From Eledone cirrhosa (lineage: Eukaryota): a stretch of DNA of 64,000 nucleotides. The translations under genes were made by a program, and so were the position numbers. A model generated the notes under the pieces. The model was not told where the DNA came from. It worked only from the letters and a program-made list of their open reading frames with translations, and made no database searches. This document shows positions 1-14,438 of the stretch, one piece after another (within the stretch, counting starts at the first letter, position 1; each line of letters starts with the position of its first letter). Where the stretch lies: the NCBI GenBank assembly GCA_964016885.1, contig OZ024742.1, positions 227,230,001-227,294,000 of the forward strand. Reading direction: 5' to 3'.

Positions 1-880
1 CTGTCACCTTTCCTGATCATAATCTTCATGGAAAAGATTGGCTTGCGCAACCGGGTTGGAAGTGGTATCAAGACTGGCAGGTGCAGGATCAGTCAATTGG
101 AATTTGCAGACAACATGGTATTACTTAAGGCATCAGGAGGTGATCTCTGACATGCACTTGATAGGTTAGTTGCCAAGTGTTGCATGGCAAAAATAAAAAT
201 CAGTGCTGCGAAGACTGAGACACTCGTCCTCTCAAGGAAGCCAGTGCAGTGCACTTTACAAGAGAGTGAAGTTCCACTGAAGCAGGTGGTGAAGTTCAAG
301 TATCTTGGGGCTGTGTTCACAAATGATGGAAGCCAAGAAGCTGAATTAAGTGCGAGAATTGCAAGAGCTGGTGCGGTGATGCACCAGCTTCAGCATTTGG
401 AAGAAGGGAGGCAATTGTAAAAGCCAAACTTGCTATCTTCAATTTGATATTCATACCAACTCTTACTTATGGTCATGAATGGTAATGACTAAAAGAATGC
501 AATCTCAAATACAAGCAGCTGAAATGGGGTTCCTCTGAAAGGAGTAACATTACTCGATAGAGTGCATAGCTCAGAGATCAGAGTCACCCCAGGTAGAACC
601 ACTATTCCTCCAAATTGAGAGATCACAGCTCCAATATTATGGACATGTGGTTAGAATGTATCAGGAAAGAATCACTGGACAGATTTTATGGACAAAACCA
701 ACCAGCAGGAGACCCAGGGGTAGACCCCCCCAAACAAGATGGTTGGATAACATCCATGAGCTTGGCTGGTCTCACTTGAGGATCCAGCCAGATCAATTGG
801 AAACAATTGCTTCTGACACAACCCACTGGAAGGAGTGCTTGAGGACTCTGCCCTTGTGACCCTCCCAGGAATAATAATAA
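1..880 (+). pseudogene. Decayed RTE-clade LINE, RT domain to 3' end
   Basis: Translates to FADNMVLL (RT motif remnant), KTETLVLSRKP..LKQVVKFKYLG, PTLTYGHE, RSQLQYYGHVVRM, RPRGRP..RW. Stops and frameshifts present. Confidence 0.85.
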
Positions 881-1654
881 GAAGAAATAGAGGAGGGCAT
901 GGTTAATTATTCCACCCACATGCCATGCCTTTGCCATCTCTATATCAGTTCTGCTTCTTTACATTGTTGTTAAGTCATGACTGTTCCTCTTCTCTTGATT
1001 TGTTTCCCCTCCCATTCCCCTTATTCTGGCTTCATATCGTATACCACATGTGGGGAGAGTCTTGTCAACACCAATACACAAGTAGGCCTTAATATACCTA
1101 ATTGCTAGTCATACACATGTAGGCCTTAATATACTTAATTACTACATTTATACACATGTATGGATTTCAGACTGACTTAATGTAACAATTTATCACATTC
1201 ATGTAGCTACTACGATACATGCAGCTATTACTTCTACATGTTGGACATAATGTAGTTATATGATTACACATATAGTAATTTCATTACACATGTGGCTACT
1301 ACATGTAGAGCTAAGTGTAGCTATTTTCTACATTCATAATAGTTTCAATACATGTCATCTATTACATGTAGGAACGACTTAATAAAGTAACATCTTGTTT
1401 CTTTAAGTGTTTGAATCTACCCAAAATGTTGTTAAACAATGTCTACCTCCCATCTTCTCACACACACTCTCTCATGCACATACACACAGCCTTCATGACA
1501 CACTTTCACACATACATTCATACACATACACACAACCTTAAGGCACACACACTCACACATATACACACATACGCATGTACTTTCACACACACACAACCTT
1601 CACACATACACGTGCACTTTCACACACACACACATGAACATTTGACTCATTAGG

Positions 1655-1800
1655 AAATTAACGTGTAAGTGGCTGAGTATTCCACAGATACATGTGCATT
1701 CTTAATATAATTCCCAAGATGAATCACTGTGACACAATGTGTAACGAGGCTGTACATTTGAATTAGAAATATAGTCCATCCGACAGGCTTCCTCACAGTT
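1655..1800 (+). repeat. Dispersed repeat family A (core GAAATTAACGTGCAAGTGGCTGAG..GTGTGACAAGGCTGGCCCTTTGAATTACAG)
   Basis: Homologous copies at about 9650-9790 (-), 12840-13140, 17545-17600, 19760-19880, 62955-63140 and 63690-63790. Confidence 0.75.
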
Positions 1801-1914
1801 ACTGTGTCCTAAAATTTCATTTAGTTATTATCCTTACACATACACACACCCTTCTTTGTGTTTTGTAAATTTACATGTATAATAATAATGATAATGATGA
1901 TGATGATAATAATG

Positions 1915-2150
1915 AAAACAAACAATGCCTATAATAATAGGTGCTCTGGTAATGATAAAAAAGCACGCAGACAAATATATAACCCAAACGCCAGGACTTA
2001 CAATTATATACAACATACAAAAGATAGCACTACTAGGCACCACACACATATTACAAAGAGTACTCTCAATAAAATACAACAAATACCACCAAAAACCATA
2101 CTGCACATACCCAATGCACACAGAGCTGTGCTCTGTAATGCAGTGATAAT
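1915..2150 (+). mobile_element. 3' stub of R4/Dong-type (restriction-like endonuclease) LINE between (TAA)n runs
   Basis: PIIIGALVMIKK..QKIALLGTTHILQRVLSI matches the C-termini at 26692 and 33249. Flanked by TAA/TGA repeats. Confidence 0.8.
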
Positions 2151-2544
2151 GTGCAAAATAATAATAATAATAATGATGATAATAATACAAAATATAAAGT
2201 TTATGAAGTGCATGGAAGACTGAAATTTCAAGATGTATTTTTTGCTTTAGAGCAAAGAACTACGGTGTATAAATTAGTTAATCAATCCAGAGTATAACCC
2301 TTTGAGATAGGAAAACTGGATAATCCGACAGGTGATTGTTGAGCTTTTTCACTTCAAAGAGTTATATTACTAATGTATTCTTAACTATTTTATAGCGATA
2401 ATTCATGTCACTGTTCTTTGCTTCATAGCTAAAACATATTTTGAAACATATTTTCTGTCTTTAACTAAAATGACATTTAAAGAAATTCTAGCAGTTCCTG
2501 TTTTCTATATGTTTGCCTGGGTATATCTATCTATCTTCACACAC

Positions 2545-5500
2545 CCATCCCAGTTAAACACCTCTCTCTTATCACACATCCACCCTGGTTAAACACCTCT
2601 CTCTCTTCACACATCCAGCCCAGTTAAACACCTCTCTCTCTCCTCAGACATCCACCCCGGTTAAACACCTCTCTCTCCTCCCACATCCACCCTGGTTAAA
2701 CACCTCTCTCTCCTCCCACATCCACTCTGGTTAAACACCTCTCTCTCCTCACACATCCACCCCAGTTAAACACCTCTCTCTCCTCACACATCCACCCCAG
2801 TTAAACACCTCTCTCTCCTCACATCCACCCCAGTTAAACACCTCTCTCTTCTCACACATCCACCCCAGTTAAACACCTCTCTCTCCTCACATCCACCCCA
2901 GTTAAACACCTCTCTTTTCTAACACATCCACCCCAGTTAAACACCTCTCTCCTCACACATCCACCCTAATTAAACACCTCTCTCTTACACATCCACCACA
3001 GTTAAACACCTCTCTCTCCTCACACATCCACCCCAGTTAAACACCTCTCTCTTACATATCCACCCCAGTTAAACACCTCTCTCTCCTCACACATCCACCC
3101 CAGTTAAACACCTCTCTCTTCTCACACATCCACCCCAGTTAAACACCTCTCTTACACATCCACCCCAGTTAAACACCTCTCTCTCCTAACACATCCAGCC
3201 CAGTTAAACACCTCTCCTCAGACATCCACCCCGGTTAAAAACCTCTCTCTCCTAACACACCCACCCCAGTTAAACACCTCTCTCTCCTCACACATCCACC
3301 CCAGTTAAACACCTCTCTCTCCTAACACATCCACCCCAGTTAAACACCTCTCTCTCCTCACACATCCACCCCAGTTAAACACCTTTCTCTCCTCACACAT
3401 CCACGCCAGTTAAACACCTTTCTCTCCTCACACCTCCACCCCAGTTAAACACCTCTCTCTCCTCACACATCCACCCCAGTTAAACACCTCTCTCTTCACA
3501 CACATCCACCTCAGTTAAACACCTCTCTCTCCTCACACATTCACCCCAGTTAAACACCTCTCTCCTCACACATCCACCCCAGTTAAACACCTCTCTCTCC
3601 TCACATCCACCCCAGTTAAACACCTCTCTCTTCTCACACATCCACCCCAGTTAAACACCTCTCTCTCCTCACATCCACCCCAGTTAAACACCTCTCTTTT
3701 CTCACACATCCACCCCAGTTAAACACCTCTCTCTCCTCACACATCCACCCTGGTTAAACACCTCTCTCTTCTCACACATCCACCCCAGTTAAACACCTCT
3801 CTCTCCTCACATCCACCCCAGTTAAACACCTCTCTCTCCTCACATCCACCCCAGTTAAACACCTCTCTCTCCTCACACATCCACCCCATTTAAACAGCTC
3901 TCTCTCTCTTCTCACACATCCACCCTAATTAAACACCTCTCTCTCCCTTCACATCCACCCCAGTTAAAAACCTCTCTCCTTCCACATCCACCCCATTTAA
4001 ACACCTCTCCCTCTCTCTCCTCACATTCACCCCAGTTAAACACCTCTCTCTCCTCACATCCACCCCAGTTAAACACCTCTCTCTTACATATCCACCCCAG
4101 TTAAACACCTCTCTCTCCTCACACATCCACCCCAGTTAAACACCTCTCTCTTCACACACATCCACCCCAGTTAAACACCTCTCTCTTACATATCCACCCC
4201 AGTTAAACACCTCTCTCTCCTCACACATCCACCCCAGTTAAACACCTCTCTCCTCACACATCCACCCTAATTAAACACCTCTCTCTTACACATTCACCAC
4301 AGTTAAACACCTCTCTCTCCTCACACATCCACCCCAGTTAAACACCTCTCTCTTACATATCCACCCCAGTTAAACACCTCTCTCTCCTCACACATCCACC
4401 CCAGTTAAACACCACTCTCTTCTCACACATCCACCCCAGTTAAACACCTCTCTTACACATCCACCCCAGTTAAACACCTCTCTCTCCTAACACATCCAGC
4501 CCAGTTAAACACCTCTCCTCAGACATCCACCCCGGTTAAACACCTCTCTCTCCTAACACACCCACTCCAGTTAAACACCTCTCTCTCCTCACACATCCAC
4601 CCCAGTTAAACACCTCTCTCTCCTAACACATCCACCCCAGTTAAACACCTCTCTCTCCTCACACATCCACCCCAGTTAAACACCTCTCTCTCCTCACACA
4701 TCCACGCCAGTTAAACACCTTTCTCTCCTCACACATCCACCCCAGTTAAACACCTCTCTCTCCTCACACATCCACCCCAGTTAAACACCTCTCTCTTCAC
4801 ACACATCCACCTCAGTTAAACACCTCTCTCTCCTCACACATTCACCCCAGTTAAACACCTCTCTCCTCACACATCCACCCCAGTTAAACACCTCTCTCTC
4901 CTCACATCCACCCCAGTTAAACACCTCTCTCTTCTCACACATCCACCCCAGTTAAACACCTCTCTCTCCTCACACATCCACCCCAGTTAAACACCTCTCT
5001 CTCCTCACACATCCACCCCAGTTAAACACCTCTCTCTCCTCACACATCCACCCCAGTTAAACACCTCTCTCTCCTCACACATCCACGCCAGTTAAACACC
5101 TTTCTCTCCTCACACATCCACCCCAGTTAAACACCTCTCTCTCCTCACACATCCACCCCAGTTAAACACCTCTCTCTTCACACACATCCACCCCAGTTAA
5201 ACACCTCTCTCCTCACACATTCACCCCAGTTACACCTCTCTTCTCACACATCCACCCCAATTAAACACCTCTCTCTTACACATCCACCCCAGTTAAACAC
5301 CTCTCTCTTACACATCCACCCCAGTTAAACACCTCTCTCTCCTCACACATCCACCCCAGTTAAACACCTCTCTCCTCACACATCCACCCCAGTTAAACAC
5401 CTCTCTCTCCTCACACATCCACCCCAGTTAAACACCTCTCTCTCCTCACACATCCACCCCAGTTAAACACCTCTCTTCTCACACATCCACCACAGTTAAA

Positions 5501-8060
5501 CACCTCTCTCTCCTCACACATCCACCCCAGTTAAGCACCTCTCTCTCCTAACACATCCACCACAGTTAAACACCTCTCTCCTCACATCCACCCCAGTTAA
5601 ACACCTCTCTCCTCACACATCCACCCCAGTTAAACACCTCTCTCTTACACATCCACTCCAGTTAAACACCTCTCTCTCCTCACATCCACCCCAGTTAAAC
5701 ACCTCTCTCTCCTCACACATCCACCCCAGTTAAACACCTCTCTCCTCACACATCCACCCCAGTTAAACACCTCTCTCTCCTCACACATCCACCCCAGTTA
5801 AACACCTCTCTCTTACACATCCACCCCAGTTAAACACCTCTCTCTCCTCACACATCCACCCCAGTTAAACACCTCTCTCTCCTCACACATTCACCCCAGT
5901 TAAACACCTCTCTCTCCTCACACATCCACCCCAGTTAAACACCTCTCTCTTACATATCCACCCCAGTTAAACATCTCTCTCTCCTCACACATCCACCCCA
6001 GTTAAACACCTCTCTCTTCTCACACATCCACCCCAGTTAAACACCTCTCTTACACATCCACCCCAGTTAAACACCTCTCTCTCCTAACACATCCAGCCCA
6101 GTTAAACACCTCTCCTCAGACATCCACCCCGGTTAAACACCTCTCTCTCCTAACACACCCACTCCAGTTAAACACCTCTCTCTCCTCACACATCCACCCC
6201 AGTTAAACACCTCTCTCTCCTAACACATCCACCCCAGTTAAACACCTCTCTCTCCTCACACATCCACCCCAGTTAAACACCTCTCTCTCCTCACACATCC
6301 ACGCCACTTAAACACCTTTCTCTCCTCACACATCCACCCCAGTTAAACACCTCTCTCTCCTCACACATCCACCCCAGTTAAACACCTCTCTCTCCTCACA
6401 CATTCACCCCAGTTAAACACCTCTCTCCTCACACATCCACCCCAGTTAAACACCTCTCTCTCCTCACATCCACCCCAGTTAAACACCTCTCTCTTCTCAC
6501 ACATCCACCCCAGTTAAACACCTCTCTCTCCTCACACATCCACCCCAGTTAAACACCTCTCTCTCCTCACACATCCACCCCAGTTAAACACCTCTCTCTC
6601 CTCACACATCCACGCCAGTTAAACACCTTTCTCTCCTCACACATCCACCCCAGTTAAACACCTCTCTCTCCTCACACATCCACCCCAGTTAAACACCTCT
6701 CTCTTCACACACATCCACCCCAGTTAAACACCTCTCTCCTCACACATTCACTCCAGTTAAACACCTCTCTTCTCACACATCCACCCCAATTAAACACCTC
6801 TCTCTTACACATCCACCCCAGTTAAACACCTCTCTCTTACACATCCACCCCAGTTAAACACCTCTCTGTCCTCACACATCCACCCCAGTTAAACACCTCT
6901 CTCCTCACACATCCACCCCAGTTAAACACCTCTCTCTCCTCACACATCCACCCCAGTTAAACACCTCTCTCTCCTCACACATCCACCCCAGTTAAACACC
7001 TCTCTTCTCACACATCCACCACAGTTAAACACCTCTCTCTCCTCACACATCCACCCCAGTTAAGCACCTCTCTCTCCTAACACATCCACCACAGTTAAAC
7101 ACCTCTCTCCTCACATCCACCCCAGTTAAACACCTCTCTCTCCTCACACATCCACCCCAGTTAAACACCTCTCTCTCCTCACACATCCACCCCAGTTAAA
7201 CACCTCTCTCTTACACATCGACTCCAGTTAAACACCTCTTTCTCCTCACACATCCACCCCAGTTAAACACCTCTCTCTTCACACACATCCACCCCAGTTA
7301 AACACCTCACTTCACACACATCCACCTCAGTTAAACACCTCTCTCTTACACATCCACCCCAGTTAAACACCTCTCTCTCCTAACACATCCACCCCAGTTA
7401 AACACCTCTCTCTTCTCACACATCCACCCCAGTTAAACACCTCTCTCCTCACACATCCACCCCAGTTAAGCACCTCTCTCTCCTCACACATCCACCCCAG
7501 TTAAACACCTCTTTCTCTCTTCTCACACATCCACCCCAGTTAAACACCTCTTTTTCCTCACACATCCACCACAGTTAAACACCTCTCTCTCCTCACATCC
7601 ACCCCAGTTAAACACCTCTCTCTCCTCACACATCCACCCCAGTTAAACACCTCTCTCTTCACACATCCACCCCAGTTAAACACCTCTCTCTCCTCACATC
7701 CACCCCAGTTAAACACCTCTCTCCTCACATCCACCCCATTTAAATACCTCTCTCTCTCTTCTCACACATCCACCCTAATTAAACACCTCTCTCTCCCTTC
7801 ACATCCATCCACCCCAGTTAAAAACCTCTCTCCTCCCACATCCACCCCATTTAAACACCTCTCCCTCTCTCTCTCCTCACATCCACCCCAGTTAAACACC
7901 TCTCTCTCCTCACATCCACCCCAGTTAAACACCTCTTTCTCCTCACACATCCACCCCAGTTAAACAACTCTCTCTCTCCTCACACATCCACCCCAGTTAA
8001 ACACCTCATCCCTTATCAATCCCATTTTAACACCTCATCCACCCCAGTTAAACACCTCTC
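2545..8060. repeat. Minisatellite, unit about 33-35 bp (CACATCCACCCCAGTTAAACACCTCTCTCTCCTCA), roughly 160 copies
   Basis: Uninterrupted head-to-tail repeats with variable (CT)n length. Confidence 0.98.
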
Positions 8061-8240
8061 ATACAACCATAAACATTTATAAACCTCTTTTTATCATTAC
8101 ACGCACATTTTGAAAATATTTTTCCTTTTTTTTTCAATATCATTTATTTCTTTGATTATAAAGAGATTTGTTGCTATTTTTTACTTTTGTCTTGTGTTAC
8201 TTGGTATTCATGTTGTTGTTGTTGTTGTTGTGTTGCCCTT

Positions 8241-8403
8241 GGTTAGTCTTGATCCAGCAGTCCTGGCTTTGGTGTTGTATAGCTCTTGGTCAGTATTGAT
8301 CCAGCAGTCCTGGTGGTGATGTTGTATAGCCCTTCGTCAGTCTTGATCCAGCAGTCCTGGTGGTGGTGCTGTGTAGCCCTAAGTCAGTTCTGATCTAGCA
8401 GTC
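8241..8403. repeat. 47-bp tandem repeat, about 3.5 copies
   Basis: The GGTCAGTCTTGATCCAGCAGTCC-like motif starts at 8241, 8288, 8335 and 8382. Confidence 0.85.
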
Positions 8404-10319
8404 TTATCACATCGGCCCAGAGCTATACAATATTTTGAACCACAAGATCCAATATGTCTTCTTTTTTAAAAACAAAACAAGTCAGGGTGTAATTTGAAGG
8501 AAATTTGGCTGCTATTTCTACCAGGCCTGGTAACCATGTTAAGACCTGGTGTTATATGTGCTCAAATAGGTTTAATTTCTCTTTATAAAACAAATGAAAA
8601 AAAATATGTATAAGAAAAATAAATTTAAGGTCTAAAAAAATAACTAAAGGCTATTTTTGCAAATCTGAGATGAGTAAATTAAAAGAGAATTTTGTTTTGT
8701 TTTAGATGTTTTAATTTGGTGGAGGGGATAAATTAATTCTGTGTGTTTGTGGGAAATTGGCAGAGTTGGTAGAATACCAGACTAAACGGATCAGTATTTG
8801 TTCCAGATTTCTGCTCTCTGAGTTCAAATCCATCTAAGATCAACTTTGTCTTTCATCCTTTCAGAGTTGATAAAGTACTAATTCAGTGGGGTGGAATTGT
8901 TAGAGAGTCAAAAGGAATGCTTTGTGGCATCTGATTTATCTGTGTATTCTGAGTTTAAACACGGCTTCTTGTCATTAGAAAAATGTTGATGTTTCTGCCA
9001 GGAGTTGAGACCTCCAGATATCTGCAATGGAAACAGTGTTTCTTTGGTCTGTTCTAATGACTGACTCCTTTCTTCTGCCAGGAGTTGCGACTAACAGACA
9101 GTATCAGCAATGTAAAAACCAATGGAAATATTGTTTCCTTGGTCTGGTCTGATCTGATGATTAGCTTCTTTCCTCTGTCAAGAGTTGTAACCAACTGTTA
9201 CATAGTATCAACAATGGAAGCCTGAAACATGTTTCTATCAACTGTTTTAAACCATAAGACACATTCTCAATAGATTTAACTTTAGCCCACATTTAACAAA
9301 ATATTGATAAATACTTGTGCAATTTCTTAGTAGTTAAAAATTCTTAAATCTTTTTCAACATTAACCTTCTTGGTGCTGTCGGCGACATAAGTTGCCAATA
9401 GAGTAATCTCCCCTTAATACATAATACAGTGTCAAGGGAAGCAATTCATAAAAAATTCAGCATCCTAAAGATTAATAATTTCTACAAACCATAAACCAAA
9501 ATATTTGCCAGGTAAAATAATCTCTATCTATCTTTTATCATCCATCTACCCAATTTTACTGACATGGCCGAAACTATGGCAAAGCCACTCATCCAAGAGG
9601 AATCGAATTCAGGACATAATGATTGTGAAGCAAACTCTTTACTATTCAAAAGGCAAGTCTTGTCACACTGAATCTCCTTGAGAATTACATTAAGGGTACA
9701 TACATATGTCTGTGGAACCTCAGCCACTTGCACATTAATTTCACCAGCAGGCTGTTCTTTTGATTGAACAACTGCAACAGTCATCATCAAATATTGAGTG
9801 TAATGTTGATGTTAATGAAAAAGGCAACAAAACTAAAATATTGTAGAAGCATTGGTGGGGGTGCAGACGTCCCCCTGCCCATGTCAGGACATGAAGGTTG
9901 CCTTGAAGCAAGTGGATAGTGTCTGACATATTGTGGGACGTGGTGTGTGCCTGGTTTCCCTTGACGGTCTAAAAGGAAGCATTTATATGCTGATATTTGG
10001 GAGAGGGGTGGCATTGGTGCAAGTGAGTGAGTGGTGTCTGTCTGGCTTGAAATCAAAATCAGGAACTGAAAAGCCTCAAAGTCAACTAAGCAAAGCCTGA
10101 AGTCGTAATAAGTAGGACCTTGAGTCATTCATCATCATCATTTCATTTTACGTCCGCTTTTTCCCTGCTTGCAAGGGTGGGACGGGAACTGATTCTGGCT
10201 TGATTTCTACAGCTGGATGCCCTTCCTAACACCAACCTCATTTACAGTGAGTGCTGGGTGCTTTTTTGCCTTGGCACCTGCACGACCACTTTGCAGTGGA
10301 ATGATAGGGACCCCAGTCC

Positions 10320-10468
10320 CTATCATCTCATTTCTACAGCTGAGTAAACTGGAGCAATGTGAAATAAAGTGTCTTGCTCAAGGAAACAATACATCACCCG
10401 GTCTGAGAATTGAACTCACAACCTTTCGATTGCAAGGCCAATGCTCTAACCACTAAGCCATGTGCCTC
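10320..10468 (-). mobile_element. tRNA-derived CORE-type SINE (partial)
   Basis: Minus strand has A-box GGCTTAGTGG, B-box GTTCAATTC and the CORE-like CCTTGAGCAAGACACTT. Related copies near 17620-17690 and 41060-41130. Confidence 0.7.
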
Positions 10469-10469
10469 C

Positions 10470-10562
10470 TTGATTCTGTCAGGGAAATGGCCCTGCTCAA
10501 TATGCATGAAAGGAGCTGCTAGCAATTCTATGCTATGTACAAATTGTAAACTGTGTGTCCAT
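10470..10562 (+). pseudogene. RTE LINE fragment encoding the Cys-rich PHD-like finger
   Basis: SGKWPCSICMKGAASNSMLCTNCKLCVH; the same motif occurs at 20405-20598, 41700-41960 and 49418-49850. Confidence 0.7.
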
Positions 10563-10779
10563 CATGTAATCCTGGGAGTTTGTAGCTGGTGGGAATTTCA
10601 ATCTATAACAGGGTTTACTCAAATATTTTTATTTTACTTATTTCTAGAGATTGATTTTTCAAATATTTCCCCCAAGATCTTGTCTGGGACTGAACTCTAG
10701 CCAGAAACTTTCATCTGCCTGTGTATGCCTTTATCCACAACACTTCCCTGAAGGCGACAGTAAGCATTCAAAACAATTC

Positions 10780-11403
10780 ATCATCATCATCATCATCATT
10801 GTTTTACATCCATTCTTCCACGGGTTGTCCCGTTGTGGGCAGTGCCTGGTTGGCTGACCTTGTCTTGCTCATACAGGAACTGATTCTGGCTTGATTACTA
10901 CAGCTGGATGCCCTTCCTAACATCAACCTCATTTACAGTGAGTGTTGTGCTTTTTTCCCATGGCGCCTACACGTCCACTTTACAGTGTGGGCTGGGCGCT
11001 TTTTTGCAGTGGGAGGGTGTGGGGGCATATTGTCTATATGCTTCAGCTTCAGCTTGTACCCGTGGGGGGTCGGGTCTTCTGTAATACTGGTCACGGTCGT
11101 GTGTCATCATTTGAGAGGTGTAATTGGGTAAGGTCGGCTTTTATCACCACGTCCCAGGTCTTCTTGGGTCTCCCCACTCCGCGGCTTCCATCGACTTCTA
11201 GTGCTCTGCACCTTTTTATGCAGCTGTCATCCTTCAAACGCATCACATGTCCATACCAACGCTACCTCCTCTCCTGCACACAGCATTTGATTCCTCTTAT
11301 GCTCAGTCTCTCTCTCAATTCGTTTATGCTTTGCCGTTCACATATATTACTATTACACATCCATCGGAGCATGCAGGCATCGTTTCTTTCTAATCTATGC
11401 AAG

Positions 11404-11405
<2 letters not shown>
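10780..11405 (-). mobile_element. RTE LINE 3' end with UTR and (GAT)n tail
   Basis: DLHRLERNDACMLRWMC..RWYGHVMR..GRPKKTW on the minus strand, ending at a (CAT)n run on the plus strand. Confidence 0.8.
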
Positions 11406-11443
<38 letters not shown>

Positions 11444-13094
11444 ACTTTATGGCTGCCTTCATTGTCTTGTGGGTAAAGATATGAGAGAGTGGCACAACAG
11501 ATAGGTAAAGGAGGGTTTCAATTACATTGGGGTGTTTAATTAGATTAATTTTACTGAAAATATTGAGAAATAATCAAATATTTAATTTTTTATAAAGGGA
11601 TTCAAAATGGAAATTACTGCTTAGAGCTAAGTATATTTCACACCACTATTTTACATATATTTCGAGTACTTAGTTAAAAATATAATATATATATACTAGT
11701 ATCTATATACTATTGGGTATCTATTCTTCTCTAACTATAAACATTTCTCTCTTTTGATTCTTATTCTCACTGTATAACGTCTGGCAACCGACTTAGTAAA
11801 CACCCACAAAATTATTAACCATCTTGCCAACAACAACCTTTTTGAATTCCATGTGTCTAATGCCCATAGGCATGCTTACGAAATCAGAAAACAGCATAGC
11901 TCCCATGACTTTCGGAAACATTTTTTCATGCTCAGAGTTGCTGAAGCATGTAACAAATTACTTGCATCAGTTGTTAGCTGTTGGGATACTGCATCTTTCA
12001 AAATTTCCATCGTTCTCAAAATTCGCCAACACTAACCCATGCTAGCGTGGAAGATGGATGTTAAACAAAGATGATGATGATGATGATGACTATATCTGAT
12101 ATTACCCCCTCCAAACACACGCACGCATGTATCTGTGTGTATGTCATGATTCATACACTGTTCACTTTCCTGACATTTGTACATTATTCTATGTACTATA
12201 CATGCACTATAATTTTCATTATTTTTTAATTGTAATAGGGAAGGGTCTATAGAAACATTTACAGGAGATAAGGTTTTCATTAGTGGTCTCCAACTGGAAT
12301 CACACACACTTTGGTGATAGTGTGATCTGTAGCATCACTACTTGCTGTTGAATGGAGATCAAAGAAACCACCAAATATCAGGGCAGCCATGTCTAGGACT
12401 TCATAGAAGATAGGAACTTGTCATAAGCTTATTTACAGAGATCAGACTACTAGTCACAGCCAGGGGGTTGGGAAAGGACAAGTGGAGGGCTGGATATCAT
12501 GTTTATTACTGCAGACAGGGGAAACATTTCTAACGTTTTAATATAGATATTATAAATTTAATAGCATAATACTCCCAGGGATCTTTATTCTGTGTTGACC
12601 GAGCAACCTAGTAGAGTTAATTAAGTCAAGAGCATGTGGGCTGAGGATCTAGTATCATTAATGAGTCAAGTATAAGTTGTTATTGGACCTCTGTTGGTTC
12701 AGACAACAATTGTTCCAGTTATTGTGCAGTGGTGGTGGTGATGGTAGTGGAGGTGATACTGGGAGTGATGGCAGATATACTGAGGGTGATGGTGTTTGTG
12801 GCGGTGGTATCGTCAGTATTACTAGTGGTGTTACAGTAATGGAATGGACCTCCGTCAATTTTGACAATGAGTGTTCCAGTTGTACTATCAACCAAACAAC
12901 CTCCTTGTGAAGTTAACGTGCAAGTGGCTGAGCATTCCACAGGCATGCTTACTCTTAACATAGTTCTCATGGAGATAGTATGTGACAAGACTGGACCTCC
13001 AAATTAGAGATAGAATTCATCTTGTATTATAGTGTAAGGGATTGAGTATTCCACAGACATATGTACGATTAATGTAGCTCTCAAAAAGACTCAG

Positions 13095-13390
13095 TCTGAT
13101 ATGACTGGCCCTTCGAATTACAGATAGTTCATCCGACAGGCTTATGTCTGACATGGCTGGCCCTTCGAGTTACATATAGTTCATCTGACAGGTGACATGG
13201 CTGGCCCTTCGAGTTACATATAATTCATCCGACAGGCTTATGTCTGACATGGCTGGCCCTTCGAGTTACATATAGTTCATCTGACAGGTGACATGGCTGG
13301 CCCTTCGAGTTACATATAGTTCATCTGACAGGCTTATGTCTGACATGGCTAGCCCTTCGAGTTACATATAGTTCATCTGACAGGCTTCCA
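13095..13390. repeat. Tandem repeat (about 44/52-bp units) derived from the 3' part of repeat family A
   Basis: TGACATGGCTGGCCCTTCGAGTTACATATAGTTCATCTGACAGG occurs about 6 times. Confidence 0.85.
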
Positions 13391-14029
13391 AATAGTTTCC
13401 ATCTTCTCGATTTCACTCACAAGGCTTGGGTCGACCCGAGGTTATAAATGAAACTTGCTCAAGATATCACACAGTTGGATCGAACCCAGGACCTATTAGA
13501 TTGCGAGGCGAACTTCTTAATCATTAGGCAACGCTGTGTCTATTGCAGTAATAGCAAAGAAGTATATAAAATACCGGACTGTATTGTAACTGTCCTCCCT
13601 GGATTATCTCCCTTGCACTGTAAATTGCCTATTAAAAGACTGGCTTCCTTTTATTTTGTTTTGAACGTAAACATCGTGCAGGAAGGGGGGGGGGGCTGAA
13701 TCGCTTGTGTGTCTGACAGATATATATATGTGTGTGTATATATATATATATATGCATTATATATACATACTAGAATTGTTTTTCAAATTGCCGACGTGTA
13801 TATGTGTGTGTATGTGCATATGCATACATTTATATGTATGAGTATATAAATATAAACGTGCAAACACAGACATACAAAAATACACTTACAAACATACATT
13901 CACACACACATACACATACACTCATACACAGCGCAGCAAATGGAATGCCAGTTGTTGTTTTGCTAAAGTTTTTTTACCATCTCCTTCCTTACTTTTACGC
14001 ACACATATTTTCACACAAACACACACTGT

Positions 14030-14438
14030 ATGATGGATGGAAGTCACTCAAATTTATATACAGATTCTACACACAAGTGTAATGAATGTTAGACGCTATT
14101 TTCTGTAGTTTGTCATCACCCCTTCTTTCCTCAATCATCTACAGCGCGTGACGTCATCACCCCTTCCCCCTTCAATCATCTTTAGTGCATGGTGTCATCA
14201 CCCCTTTTTTTTCCTCAGTTATCTCTAGTACGTGACGTCATCACCCCTTCCTTCCTTAATCATCACTAGTACGTGACGTCATCACCCCTTCCTTCCTTAA
14301 TCATCACTAGTGTGTGACGTCATCACCTTTCCTCAATCATCACTAGTGTGTGACGTCATCACCCCTTCCTTCCTCAGTCATTTCTAGTGAGTGATGTACG
14401 GACAAACGGATGGAAGTTGCTCAAATTTATATATAGAT
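14030..14438 (-). mobile_element. Helitron-like non-autonomous 5' end with internal about 40-44-bp tandem repeat
   Basis: Minus strand begins ATCTATATATAAATTTGAG.., like the TCTCTATATATATAAAA start at 33837. About 7 units of GTGACGTCATCACCCCTTCC..CTAGT. No 3' hairpin was found. Confidence 0.5.

Noticed and set aside
2545-8060. CRISPR-like array
   Set aside because: There are no unique spacers and no cas genes; it is a eukaryotic minisatellite.
9000-10128. Host gene from ORFs 9524-9790 and 9787-10128
   Set aside because: They partly overlap repeat family A, contain many stops and show no recognisable domain. At most a decayed element.
12719-12988. Apparent paralogous exons (DGGPFH peptides here and at 62861-63106)
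   Set aside because: Both are antisense translations of dispersed repeat family A.
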